Shown piece by piece: positions 63,572 to 64,000 of a DNA stretch of 64,000 nucleotides (positions within the stretch are counted from its first letter, which is position 1; each line of letters opens with the position of its first letter). Origin of the DNA: an uncultured Cellvibrionaceae bacterium (GTDB lineage Bacteria > Pseudomonadota > Gammaproteobacteria > Pseudomonadales > Cellvibrionaceae). The stretch spans positions 59,289-123,288 of the forward strand of contig CBFGOY010000001.1 of the NCBI GenBank assembly GCA_965650515.1, written 5' to 3'. Both the position numbers and the translations under genes were made by a program. The notes under the pieces were generated by a model that did no database searches, was not told the origin of the DNA, and saw nothing but the letters and a program-made list of their open reading frames with translations.

Positions 63572-63886
63572 GTTTTGACCTTGCAAGTTAAGTTTAGCGC
63601 TGGGGGCACTGCTTTTATCCATTAGCTGTTGATGGAATTCCAATGCTTGGTGCAATTGTCGATTTTCCTTGTTGGCTTGTTCAAATCGCGCGTTGCGATA
63701 TTCCAGGTCGCGTTGCATTTTTTCGAGTTTATCCAGTTTTGCCAGCGCTTCTTCCGCAAAGTTTTCCGGTAAATTATTTTCTTGCTTAAATAACCAATAT
63801 CCCGCGCCGTTGCCGATCAGGCTGGCAATCACAATCAAGAGGAACAAAGTGACTCTGGTATGCTGAAACCGCGTCAACTTTTTCAT
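63557..63886 (-). CDS. Hypothetical membrane-anchored coiled-coil protein
   Basis: One N-terminal TM and a heptad-rich C-terminus; ATG start 18 nt after the upstream stop. Confidence 0.6.
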   Translation of the reverse strand: MKKLTRFQHTRVTLFLLIVIASLIGNGAGYWLFKQENNLPENFAEEALAKLDKLEKMQRDLEYRNARFEQANKENRQLHQALEFHQQLMDKSSAPSAKLNLQGQNLSPK

Positions 63887-63904
63887 ATTGATCCCTGTCG
63901 AGGA

Positions 63905-64000
63905 TTACCAATAGCGGGGTAGTGGCTTTTTAATTTCAATGTAACCTGAGCATTGTTCAATATATTCCCCAATTAACAATTGCTTCATGATCCGGCTTAC
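63905..64000 (-). CDS. Crp/Fnr-family regulator, C-terminal fragment (runs off the right edge)
   Basis: Manual translation VSRIMKQLLIGEYIEQCSGYIEIKKPLPRYW*, resembling the end of a Crp-type HTH. Confidence 0.65.
   Translation of the reverse strand, partial: VSRIMKQLLIGEYIEQCSGYIEIKKPLPRYW

Overview
A 64-kb chromosomal window from a Gammaproteobacterium. Gene order and a BioH-BioC fusion suggest a Cellvibrio-like organism (inference). It is mostly core genes: panB-dNK-folK-pcnB, cbrB-cbrA, gluQ-dksA-sfsA, hslVU, priA, rpmE, mrcA, pilMNOPQ-aroK-aroB-damX-like, gcvTH, comF, bioB-F-HC-D, tRNA-fMet-rimP-nusA-infB-rbfA-truB-rpsO-pnp, and a TetR-controlled MexEF-OprN/OqxAB-type RND pump followed by trxC. 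I found no CRISPR, transposase, integrase or prophage. Main unannotated elements: (1) a ~395-nt CrcZ-like sRNA between cbrB and pcnB, built from ~5 tandem A-rich repeat units, with its own sigma54 promoter, CbrB-type upstream palindrome and GAAA-loop terminator, plus an unannotated CbrX peptide upstream of cbrA; (2) a tightly coupled three-gene operon encoding a secreted trypsin-like protease, a 5-TM protein with a degenerate FHA domain and a periplasmic PEBP/YbhB-family protein; (3) a mini flagellar-rod-like protein paired with an HExxH SprA-related protein; (4) a Cys-rich TetR whose operator is readable inside both divergent promoters; (5) a structured, terminator-ended RNA candidate at ~1590-1756. 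All domain calls come from motif recognition by eye; no database searches were run.
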